Shown: piece by piece, positions 47,827 to 55,368 of the stretch | How the letters are laid out: every line of letters begins with the position of its first letter | Numbering within the stretch: position 1 is the first letter of the stretch | Source of the DNA: Alphaproteobacteria bacterium | GTDB lineage: Bacteria; Bacteroidota; Bacteroidia; Chitinophagales; Chitinophagaceae | Reading direction: 5' to 3' | Assembly (NCBI GenBank): GCA_030053915.1 | Contig: JASGCT010000003.1 | Span: 8,779 to 72,778 of the forward strand | Length of the DNA stretch: 64,000 nucleotides | Position numbers and translations under genes: made by a program | Notes under the pieces: model-generated | Seen by the model: only the letters and a program-made list of their open reading frames with translations | Database searches by the model: none | What the model was told of the DNA's origin: nothing

Positions 47827-48630
47827 TTAGGCAGCTTTTAAAATGGTTATAATATCGTAAAAGCTGGGTTCTACAATTCCAATGCCCAATTTTTTAGCTT
47901 TTGGGATCACAGCATCTTCGTATGATGACGTTGCTATATAGTAATGTATTTTTTTGCTTTTAAAATGAGGGTCGTTTTTGGTAATTATTGGTATTTTTTT
48001 TAAATAAAATTCAGATAATATTTTTATCGTAAGGCGATGTTTTATTTCAATAATTGCAACATGTTGACCGTTAATTAAAATGAGATCTGCTTCCCCAAGT
48101 GTTTGTTTAGTTATGGGGTCGTGATATTGGCAATTTTTTTGGATTGAATCATATTTTATGCCTTCTAAAGTTAAGTTGGACTCTAATAGATTAAACATAC
48201 CGTCTTCTAATCCCATACCCATTCCAATACCCATGCTATATAAATGTTGATTCATTATTTTTTGTTCTTCTTTATATTTTTTATCTAATGCATTATTTTC
48301 TTGAATCTGTCTTTCAATTTTTTCCATATTTTTTTGGGATGATAGTTCGGCAGCTTTTTTTATTTCATCTGTTTCTTTTCGAATGATTTCAGCTTCTTTA
48401 CGAATAGCTTGCGTTTCTTTTTTTATTTGATTTATTTCTTTTTGATTTTGTTTACGCATAGCTTGCGTTTCTTTTTTTATTTGATTTATTTCTTTTTGAT
48501 TTTTTTTGCACATAGCTTCTGTTTCTTTACGTATAGCTTCCGTCTCTTTTTTAATAACTTCTGTTTCAGCTTTAACACGAATAATTACCTCCATTAACTC
48601 GGGTATTTTTAAATTATCTAAGTTTTCCAT
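47827..48630 (-). CDS. protein with repetitive N-terminal coiled coil and C-terminal PD-(D/E)XK nuclease-like fold
   Basis: 267 aa. It has heptad/18-aa repeats (ETEAIRK…, KKNQKEINQIKKETQAMR x2). The C-terminal part carries GEADLILINGQHVAIIEIKH (D…E-x-K). Confidence 0.45.
   Translation of the reverse strand: MENLDNLKIPELMEVIIRVKAETEVIKKETEAIRKETEAMCKKNQKEINQIKKETQAMRKQNQKEINQIKKETQAIRKEAEIIRKETDEIKKAAELSSQKNMEKIERQIQENNALDKKYKEEQKIMNQHLYSMGIGMGMGLEDGMFNLLESNLTLEGIKYDSIQKNCQYHDPITKQTLGEADLILINGQHVAIIEIKHRLTIKILSEFYLKKIPIITKNDPHFKSKKIHYYIATSSYEDAVIPKAKKLGIGIVEPSFYDIITILKAA
48404..48511. repeat. 2 x 54-bp tandem repeat (51/54 identical) within a field of 21-bp heptad-coding repeats
   Basis: 48404-48457 and 48458-48511 are identical for the first 46 nt. 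The ATAGCTT core recurs at 48404, 48458, 48512 and 48533. Confidence 0.85.
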
Positions 48631-48645
48631 ATATATTATTTTTTA

Positions 48646-48653
48646 CAAAGATA
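48646..48653 (-). promoter_or_regulatory. -7 box TATCTTTG for the coiled-coil/PD-(D/E)XK gene
   Basis: Matches TAnnTTTG on the minus strand, 15 nt upstream of start 48630. Confidence 0.5.
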
Positions 48654-48881
48654 AAATTAATTTGATATCAAAATTCAAAATATGTAAAAAAAAACACAAC
48701 TTGCGGCAAATACGGAGATTTTTGCGCAAATGCGAAAAATACTTCGATGGATTTAAAGTAAAAATACTTAATTTTAACGAAATCCCAGATTTTTTTACAA
48801 AAAGAATTAAAAATTGACCTAAAACAATTAAATAATTTTAATATTTTTATGTTTTTTAACATTTTTATAACTTTTAACGAG

Positions 48882-48889
48882 TATATTTG
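48882..48889 (+). promoter_or_regulatory. -7 box TATATTTG for DUF1573-aminotransferase
   Basis: Matches TAnnTTTG, 15 nt upstream of ATG 48905. Confidence 0.5.
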
Positions 48890-48904
48890 TCAAAATTTTA
48901 TAAT

Positions 48905-49267
48905 ATGAAAAAAATATTTTTTGGTTTATTTTTAATGATGTCTGTTATGGCATTCTCGCAAACAGATTTAGTATTTGCTGAAAAAACATTCAATTTTGGC
49001 AAAATTAAACAAAACGTGCCTGCTACACACGTATTTAACTTTAAAAACAATGGCTCAAAACCACTCATTATCGAAAAAGCAGAAGCACAATGTGGTTGTA
49101 CCAAACCTGAATACCCAGTTGAGCCCATATTTAAAGGAAAATCTGCCGAAATTAAAGTTACTTACAACGCAGCCGCTTTAGGTGCATTTACCAAAAAAGT
49201 AACTGTTACCATTGCTAACGACCCAAATCCAGTAGAACTTTTAATTCAAGGTGAAGTAATACCTTAG
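48905..49267 (+). CDS. DUF1573 domain protein (secreted)
   Basis: Signal peptide MKKIFFGLFLMMSVMAFSQ and DUF1573 strings FNFGKIKQ…F.FKN.G..PL.I…CGCT.P. Start moved to ATG 48905 because the -7 box overlaps the track's TTG start. Confidence 0.7.
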   Translation: MKKIFFGLFLMMSVMAFSQTDLVFAEKTFNFGKIKQNVPATHVFNFKNNGSKPLIIEKAEAQCGCTKPEYPVEPIFKGKSAEIKVTYNAAALGAFTKKVTVTIANDPNPVELLIQGEVIP

Positions 49268-49278
49268 ACTTAAAGATT

Positions 49279-50478
49279 GTGTTGTTACCAAGTAAACGAG
49301 GTGCTGCCTTGCCAGCCTCGCCAATTAGAAAATTAGTACCTTTTGCTGAACAAGCCAAAGCCAAAGGCATTAAAGTGTATCATCTTAATATTGGACAACC
49401 CGATATAAAAACACCTCAAATAATGTTAGAGGCAGTTAAACATAACCATCTTCAAATTTTAGAATATACCCATAGTGCTGGTAATGCGTCTTATAGAAAA
49501 AAATTGGCAGCATTTTATACCCAACAAAATATACCACTTACTCAAGAAGAAATTATTATTACCACTGGAGGTAGTGAAGCTATAATTTTCGCTTTTATGG
49601 CTTGCTTAGATATCGGCGATGAAGTGATAGTTCCCGAACCTTTTTATGCTAATTATAATAGCTTTGCATTATTAGCTGGGGTTACAATTATACCAGTAAC
49701 TTCCGTTATAGAAAATGGCTTTGCCTTACCACCCATTGAAAAATTTGAAGAAAAAATAAATGCCAAAACAAAAGCGATTGTTTTATGTAACCCCAATAAT
49801 CCTACAGGTTATGTATATACCCCCCAAGAATTATCTTCTATCAAAAACTTAGTATTAAAATATAATTTATTTTTGTTTTCTGATGAAGCCTATCGCGAGT
49901 TTTGTTACGAAGGAAAAGCCAAAAGTTGCTTAGAATTGGAAGGTATTGAAGATAGGGTAGTGGTCATGGATACTATTAGTAAACGTTATAGTGCTTGCGG
50001 TGTTAGAATTGGTGCTTTTATTTCTCGAAATAAGGCAGTAGTTCAAGCCGCCCTAAAAATTGCACAAGCCCGTTTAAGCCCACCAGGTTATGGCCAAATT
50101 GCTGGCGAAGCCGCTTTAGATTTACCTGATAACTTCTTTGACGACATTAAAAATGAATATCAATTAAGACGGGATTTTTTAGTGAAAAGATTACTTAGCA
50201 TTCCAGACGTATTTTGCACAGCCCCGGCTGGTGCATTTTATATAATTGCCAAATTACCATTAAAAGACGCAGATCATTTTTGTCAATGGATGTTAGAACA
50301 TTTTGAATATCAAAAAAGTACTGTCATGTTAGCCCCAGCCTCTGGTTTTTATAGTAACCCAGCTACTCAAGGTAAAAATGAGGTGCGTTTGGCTTATGTA
50401 CTCAATAGAAACGATTTAGAAATGGCTATGCATTGCTTTGAAAAAGGTTTGGAAGCATACAAATTAATTGTGCATTGA
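49279..50478 (+). CDS. class I PLP aminotransferase (aspartate/aromatic type)
   Basis: 399 aa with a GTG start (no in-frame ATG nearby). Motifs: SPIRKL…NIGQPD, NPNNPTG, and the PLP-lysine region SKRYSACGVRIG. Confidence 0.75.
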   Translation: MLLPSKRGAALPASPIRKLVPFAEQAKAKGIKVYHLNIGQPDIKTPQIMLEAVKHNHLQILEYTHSAGNASYRKKLAAFYTQQNIPLTQEEIIITTGGSEAIIFAFMACLDIGDEVIVPEPFYANYNSFALLAGVTIIPVTSVIENGFALPPIEKFEEKINAKTKAIVLCNPNNPTGYVYTPQELSSIKNLVLKYNLFLFSDEAYREFCYEGKAKSCLELEGIEDRVVVMDTISKRYSACGVRIGAFISRNKAVVQAALKIAQARLSPPGYGQIAGEAALDLPDNFFDDIKNEYQLRRDFLVKRLLSIPDVFCTAPAGAFYIIAKLPLKDADHFCQWMLEHFEYQKSTVMLAPASGFYSNPATQGKNEVRLAYVLNRNDLEMAMHCFEKGLEAYKLIVH

Positions 50479-50585
50479 GTAACCCAACTTAAATATATAT
50501 AATTAAGTTTTTCTAATTTTTAGCTTATTTTTTAATTAAAAAATTAAAAGTTTTTTAATTTTAGTATTTTTTGTAAAAAATAGCA

Positions 50586-50593
50586 TAAATTTG
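50586..50593 (+). promoter_or_regulatory. -7 box TAAATTTG for nuoE-nuoF
   Basis: Matches TAnnTTTG, 22 nt upstream of ATG 50616. Confidence 0.5.
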
Positions 50594-50615
50594 CATTCTA
50601 ATTATAACTAATCTT

Positions 50616-51104
50616 ATGATAGCTTTTTCAACGAACCAGTTACAAAAATTTAATCAAATTGTTGCCCGCTACCCAGAAGGTAAACAAAAAAGTGCCTTAA
50701 TACCCAGTTTATTATTCGCCCAAGAATGTTTCGATAATTGGCTATCCGTTGAGGTCATGGACTATATTGCACAATGCCTAAAAATAACCTCAATCGAAGT
50801 GTACGAAGTTGCCACATTTTATTCGATGTTTAATCTAAAGCCGGTAGGTAAATATGTTTTTGAAGTATGTCAGACAGGTCCATGCATGATTCAAGGTGCT
50901 GAAACAATTATCGATTATATTAAAAAAAAGCTTCATATTGAAGTTGGACAAACAACACCAGACGGGTTATTTACTCTAAAAACAGTTGAGTGTTTGGGTG
51001 CTTGCGGCTATGCTCCCATGATGCAACAAGGTAAATTTTATCGCGAACATTTAACTCCCGAAAAAGTTGATCAAATTATTAATGAATTAACATCTAAAAT
51101 TTAA
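50616..51104 (+). CDS. nuoE: NADH-quinone oxidoreductase subunit E (2Fe-2S)
   Basis: 162 aa with Cys ligands in VCQTGPC…ECLGACGYAPMM. Confidence 0.85.
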   Translation: MIAFSTNQLQKFNQIVARYPEGKQKSALIPSLLFAQECFDNWLSVEVMDYIAQCLKITSIEVYEVATFYSMFNLKPVGKYVFEVCQTGPCMIQGAETIIDYIKKKLHIEVGQTTPDGLFTLKTVECLGACGYAPMMQQGKFYREHLTPEKVDQIINELTSKI

Positions 51105-51120
51105 ATAAAAATATCGTATT

Positions 51121-52404
51121 ATGGGCGTGCAATTACTTTTAGATAAAATTTCTGTTAAAGATATACAACTTTATGACGTGTATCGTGCTGAAGGCGGTTA
51201 TTCTAGTGTTGAAAAAGCCTTAAAATTAAAACCTGAAGATATTGTAGAAGAGGTAAAAAAAAGTGGTTTAAGAGGTCGTGGTGGTGCTGGATTTCCAACC
51301 GGTATGAAATGGAGTTTTATCGCCAAACCATCTGGTGTGCCTCGACATCTGGTTTGTAATGCCGATGAAAGCGAACCTGGAACTTTTAAAGATAGATTTT
51401 TAATGGAAAAAATTCCACATTTACTTATTGAAGGGCTCATAGTATCGTCTTTCGCTTTAGGGTCTAATACTACCTATATTTATATCCGTGGTGAATATGC
51501 TTGGATTGTTGATATTTTAGAACAAGCCATTTCAGAAGCTGAACAACACGGCTGGTTAGGAAAAAATATTCTTGGTACTGGGTTTGATTGTAATATCTAT
51601 GTTCAAAGAGGTGCTGGTGCTTATATTTGCGGTGAAGAAACCGCTTTAATAGAATCTTTAGAAGGTAAGAGAGGCAATCCAAGAATTAAACCACCATTTC
51701 CTGCAGTTGAAGGCTTATGGAGACGACCTACCGTGGTTAATAACGTGGAAACCATTGCTGCCGTTGTTCCCATCATCAATATAGGAGCAGAGGCTTATTC
51801 TAAAATTGGCGTGGGTCGCTCAACCGGTACTAAATTAATTTCAGCCTGCGGTAATATCAATAAGCCCGGTGTTTATGAAATAGATATGACCATTTCTGTT
51901 GAAGATTTTGTTTACAGTAAAGATTATTGTGGTGGCATTAAAAACAATAAAAAACTTAAAGCGTGCATACCTGGAGGCTCTTCTGTACCCATTTTACCAG
52001 CAAATCTACTTTTTAATACCGCTGATGGTAAAACCCGTTATATGAATTATGAAAGTTTAAGTGAAGGTGGTTTTGCTACAGGATCGATGTTAGGAAGTGG
52101 GGGTTTTATTGTATTAGATGAAGACCAATGCATTGTTAAGCACACTTATACATTAGCCCGCTTTTACCGTCATGAAAGCTGTGGGCAATGTAGCCCATGT
52201 AGAGAAGGCACTGGATGGATGGAAAAAATTTTATTGAAATTTCTTAATGGGGAAGGCAGGCATAACGATATAGACCTACTTTGGGAAATTCAAAGTAAAA
52301 TAGAAGGCAATACTATTTGTCCCTTAGGCGATGCCGCTGCGTGGCCTGTTGCTGCTGCTATAAGACATTTTAGACACGAATTTGAACAAAAAATTAAAAT
52401 ATAA
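51121..52404 (+). CDS. nuoF: NADH-quinone oxidoreductase subunit F (FMN/NADH-binding, 4Fe-4S)
   Basis: 427 aa with GLRGRGGAGFPTG, CNADESEPGTFKDR and ESCGQCSPCREG. Confidence 0.9.
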   Translation: MGVQLLLDKISVKDIQLYDVYRAEGGYSSVEKALKLKPEDIVEEVKKSGLRGRGGAGFPTGMKWSFIAKPSGVPRHLVCNADESEPGTFKDRFLMEKIPHLLIEGLIVSSFALGSNTTYIYIRGEYAWIVDILEQAISEAEQHGWLGKNILGTGFDCNIYVQRGAGAYICGEETALIESLEGKRGNPRIKPPFPAVEGLWRRPTVVNNVETIAAVVPIINIGAEAYSKIGVGRSTGTKLISACGNINKPGVYEIDMTISVEDFVYSKDYCGGIKNNKKLKACIPGGSSVPILPANLLFNTADGKTRYMNYESLSEGGFATGSMLGSGGFIVLDEDQCIVKHTYTLARFYRHESCGQCSPCREGTGWMEKILLKFLNGEGRHNDIDLLWEIQSKIEGNTICPLGDAAAWPVAAAIRHFRHEFEQKIKI

Positions 52405-52417
52405 TTTAAGTAAAACA

Positions 52418-52798
52418 ATGGAATTTAAAAAATTAATCAATATAACTGGTAAACCTGGTTTGTACGAGTTATTAAACTCTAAACAAGATGGTGTCATCGT
52501 AAAAAAATTGGGTACTCAAGATTTGGTTTTTGTGAGTAATCGTAAAACGCCTTTTGCGCTTTTATCTAATATCGAAATGTTTACAACTACGAAAAACATT
52601 TTATTAAAAGAACTCTTGAAAATCATGAAAGATTCTGCAGAGCCCATACCCGAACCAACTGACCTAGCTGGTACTGTAGCTTATTTTAAAAAAATTTATC
52701 CCGAGTTAGATTTTAATAGGATTTATCCTAACGATTTTAAACGTTTAATACAGTGGTTTCAATTAATTAAAGAATTTAACATTGCAATTGAAGAATGA
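52418..52798 (+). CDS. DUF5606-like protein
   Basis: Start at ATG 52418 (MEFKKLINITGKPGLYELL…), which matches my memory of the DUF5606 N-terminus (…ISGKPGLYKL…). The track start 52382 overlaps nuoF. Confidence 0.5.
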   Translation: MEFKKLINITGKPGLYELLNSKQDGVIVKKLGTQDLVFVSNRKTPFALLSNIEMFTTTKNILLKELLKIMKDSAEPIPEPTDLAGTVAYFKKIYPELDFNRIYPNDFKRLIQWFQLIKEFNIAIEE

Positions 52799-55292
52799 GT
52801 ATAGGCAAAATATATTTTTTTTTCTGCCTTTTTTAATATGTTTAATAAGCATTTCAGCTAAAGCTCAATTTACAAAAGTTAAAGGTGTCATCAGAGATTA
52901 CCAACTTGAAGAACCCATTTCGTATGCCTCAATTTATTGGAAGAAGACAGGCCGTGGTTTAGAAACAGATAGTTTGGGCTTTTTTTCGATAAATATTGAT
53001 AAGTATTCCAATAACGATACGCTAATTATTTCGGCAGTTGGATATGTTATAAAGCAAATTCCAGCCGATAAAATTTTGAACCCAGATTTAGGCGATATTT
53101 TTTTAAAAGTTGCGCCGCCCGTTGTAGAAGTAGTTGTTAAAAAAAAGTACGATAGAGGCGTGTGGTTTTGGAAAAAAATCATGGCACAAAAATATAAAAA
53201 CGACCCTAAAAAAATCAAAAACTATTATTGTCAGTTGTATAATAAAATTGAGTTCGATTTAATTAATTTTAATCAAAACCAGCTCAAGAAAAATGTCTTT
53301 ACAAAACCATTTGGCTTTGTCTTTAATTATATAGACTCTGTTTCGGAACGCAAACCTTTTATTCCTATATATCTTATCGAAACGATGTCGGATTTTTATT
53401 ATAAATCCAACCCATCAAAATCCTATGAAAATATTTTTCATGTTCGTGAAAAAGGCTTCGAAAATAAATCTATTATTAAAGAGTTTGGTGGTACGTATCA
53501 ACAAATAAACCCCTATAGCGAAACAATTGATATTCTTCGTTTTCAATTTGTTAATATATTGCATCCCAGTGCCTCCGATTTTTATAAGTTTAAAATTAGT
53601 GATACCATGTATTGGAATGGAAGGGCGCTCATTCGTTTTACGTTTACCTCAAAAATTATTGGCTCGCCAACCTTTGACGGCGAAGCCTGGATAGATGCGA
53701 AGTCTTTAGGTATCCAAAAAATAACGTTGCGACCTAACGTAAACTCAAATATCAATTTTATTGAAGGACTTTCTATTTTACAAGAGTATAATTTATATCA
53801 AGATAGTATTTGGTTTTTACAAAAAGAAAAATTTGTAGCTGATATTGCACCAGTAGGCAATGGAAATTTAGCTTTTAAATCGCGTAAAACAACATTTTAT
53901 CAAACCCCAAAATTTAACGATACCTCTATTACCAATGTATTAGCAGACATAAAAGGTGATGTGAGTGTAGTGGTTAGTAAAGACGTGAATATGAATTTGT
54001 TAGAAGATTCTGTAAACGACATGAAACGCCCTATACCCTTAGAACATAGCGAATTATTGGCTTTAAAAGTGATAGATACTTTGTTTAAAAATAAAACTTT
54101 TAATCTATACAAAAATGCTTTAGAAGTAGTAGCAACTGGTGTGTATGATATTGGTAATTTTACACTAGGACCCTGGACCAATTGGGTTAGTGGTAATCAA
54201 TACGAAGGCTTTAAACTACGGTTTGATTTAGCAACCAGTTACGATTTTAGTTCTAAATGGAATATTGGTGGATATTTAGCTTATGGGTTTTTAGATGAAA
54301 AATTTAAAGGCGGTGTTTTCGGTCGTTATCAAATTTCACGTCAACCTTGGCAATATATCCTTTTAAATTTTAAAAGTGATGTTACGTCGCGTTCTAATAA
54401 TTTAGGTTTTGGTGTAAGCAGTCTATTTGGATCATTATTAAGAGATAATAACATACCATTAAAATTACAGTATCTTGAACAAACAACTTTTACTTATTTC
54501 AAAGAAAATCATAAAGGATTTTCGTTTAAAATCGACATTGAAAATTATAATTACGATCCACTGATTAATTTGCCATCCATAACATTATATTCAAGTTTCC
54601 CCAACGACCCTTTTCGATCATTTCAAACGAATATAACCTTACGTTATGCTCACAATGAACGCTTTTTACAACGAAATTTTTCAAGATTTTCAATAAGAAG
54701 TAGAACACCTATATTTTCTGTAAGTTTAGTTAAGTCTTGGGATAATTTTTTATTAAGTACCAATAAATTTGAAAAAATTCAAGCCAGTATAGAACATCTG
54801 GTAAGCGTACCCAGATTAGGGTCATTAAATTATAAAGTTGTGGGTACTTATATTTTTGGTAAAGTAAGTTATCCTTTTCTCGACTTTGTAACAGGTAATG
54901 AAGTGTATTACTACAATCCCAATGCTTTCAACCTTCTGAATCAGTTTGAAATAGCTTCTGATAAAAATTTATATTTCTTGTTTGAACATAATATTTTAAA
55001 TAGTTTTTTTACATATTTTAAAACAACACGAAAATGGAAATTAAGGCAGTTTTGGACTTTAAAAGCTTTAGTGGGAAATATCTCTACCCAAAGTGCTGTA
55101 TTAAATACCAATAGTCAACCTTTTTTTAATAGTTTAAATGGGAATGTCTATGCAGAAATTGGAACAGGTTTTGATAATATTTTTAAATATTTTAGAATAG
55201 ACTTTATTTGGCGCTTATTAACACCTCAAACAGCAATTCCATTAAATGATCGAACTTTTGCAGTTTTTGCCAGTTTTAGATTTTCTTTTTAA
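52782..55292 (+). CDS. carboxypeptidase-regulatory-like domain + DUF5686 protein (start uncertain: TTG, or ATG 52795 after a 1-nt frame correction)
   Basis: 836 aa. It has a signal-like N-terminus (…FFFLPFLICLISISAKAQ) and a CarboxypepD_reg-like segment (KVKGVIRD…EPISYASIY…TDSLGFFSI). The long C-terminal region has beta-rich character. Confidence 0.6.
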   Translation: MQLKNEYRQNIFFFLPFLICLISISAKAQFTKVKGVIRDYQLEEPISYASIYWKKTGRGLETDSLGFFSINIDKYSNNDTLIISAVGYVIKQIPADKILNPDLGDIFLKVAPPVVEVVVKKKYDRGVWFWKKIMAQKYKNDPKKIKNYYCQLYNKIEFDLINFNQNQLKKNVFTKPFGFVFNYIDSVSERKPFIPIYLIETMSDFYYKSNPSKSYENIFHVREKGFENKSIIKEFGGTYQQINPYSETIDILRFQFVNILHPSASDFYKFKISDTMYWNGRALIRFTFTSKIIGSPTFDGEAWIDAKSLGIQKITLRPNVNSNINFIEGLSILQEYNLYQDSIWFLQKEKFVADIAPVGNGNLAFKSRKTTFYQTPKFNDTSITNVLADIKGDVSVVVSKDVNMNLLEDSVNDMKRPIPLEHSELLALKVIDTLFKNKTFNLYKNALEVVATGVYDIGNFTLGPWTNWVSGNQYEGFKLRFDLATSYDFSSKWNIGGYLAYGFLDEKFKGGVFGRYQISRQPWQYILLNFKSDVTSRSNNLGFGVSSLFGSLLRDNNIPLKLQYLEQTTFTYFKENHKGFSFKIDIENYNYDPLINLPSITLYSSFPNDPFRSFQTNITLRYAHNERFLQRNFSRFSIRSRTPIFSVSLVKSWDNFLLSTNKFEKIQASIEHLVSVPRLGSLNYKVVGTYIFGKVSYPFLDFVTGNEVYYYNPNAFNLLNQFEIASDKNLYFLFEHNILNSFFTYFKTTRKWKLRQFWTLKALVGNISTQSAVLNTNSQPFFNSLNGNVYAEIGTGFDNIFKYFRIDFIWRLLTPQTAIPLNDRTFAVFASFRFSF

Positions 55293-55356
55293 ATTTTAAG
55301 ATTTTAAAAGATGTTATTTTTATGTTAATTATGTTATAAAATTCACTAAAATAGCG

Positions 55357-55364
55357 TACCTTTG
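55357..55364 (+). promoter_or_regulatory. -7 box TACCTTTG for the giant ORF
   Basis: Matches TAnnTTTG, 4 nt upstream of ATG 55369. Confidence 0.5.
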
Positions 55365-55368
55365 CACT

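Noticed and set aside
48721-48730. Perfect 10-bp palindrome TTTGCGCAAA in the spacer between the coiled-coil gene and the DUF1573 gene.
   Set aside because: It is a single short palindrome with no second copy and no adjacent regulator gene. It could be an operator, but there is no supporting evidence.
50486-50513. Hairpin AACTTAA-(10 nt)-TTAAGTT plus T-run after the aminotransferase gene.
   Set aside because: It is a 7-bp stem with a single G:C pair and a large loop. This is too weak to call as an intrinsic terminator with any confidence.
11449-52417. N-terminal extensions in the track at 11449, 16712, 29106, 39825, 44321, 48887 and 52382 (longest-ORF starts, several at TTG).
   Set aside because: In each case a downstream ATG gives the family-typical N-terminus or signal peptide. 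The extension also overlaps a TAnnTTTG box or the neighbouring gene, so I used the shorter starts.
9256-54181. Short nested ORFs in the track: 9256-9444, 9935-10144, 11813-12013, 11994-12275, 13069-13335, 26636-26821, 27076-27294, 28351-28584, 35021-35308, 39474-39791, 39980-40180, 45226-45411, 45894-46082, 48409-48597, 48506-48817, 48668-48862, 48898-49128, 48975-49181, 51198-51440, 51470-51682, 52934-53218 and 53900-54181.
   Set aside because: Each lies within, or mostly antisense to, a longer ORF with clear family motifs, or in AT-rich spacer. They have no signal or motif content. Their lengths are as expected by chance in alternative frames of AT-rich genes.
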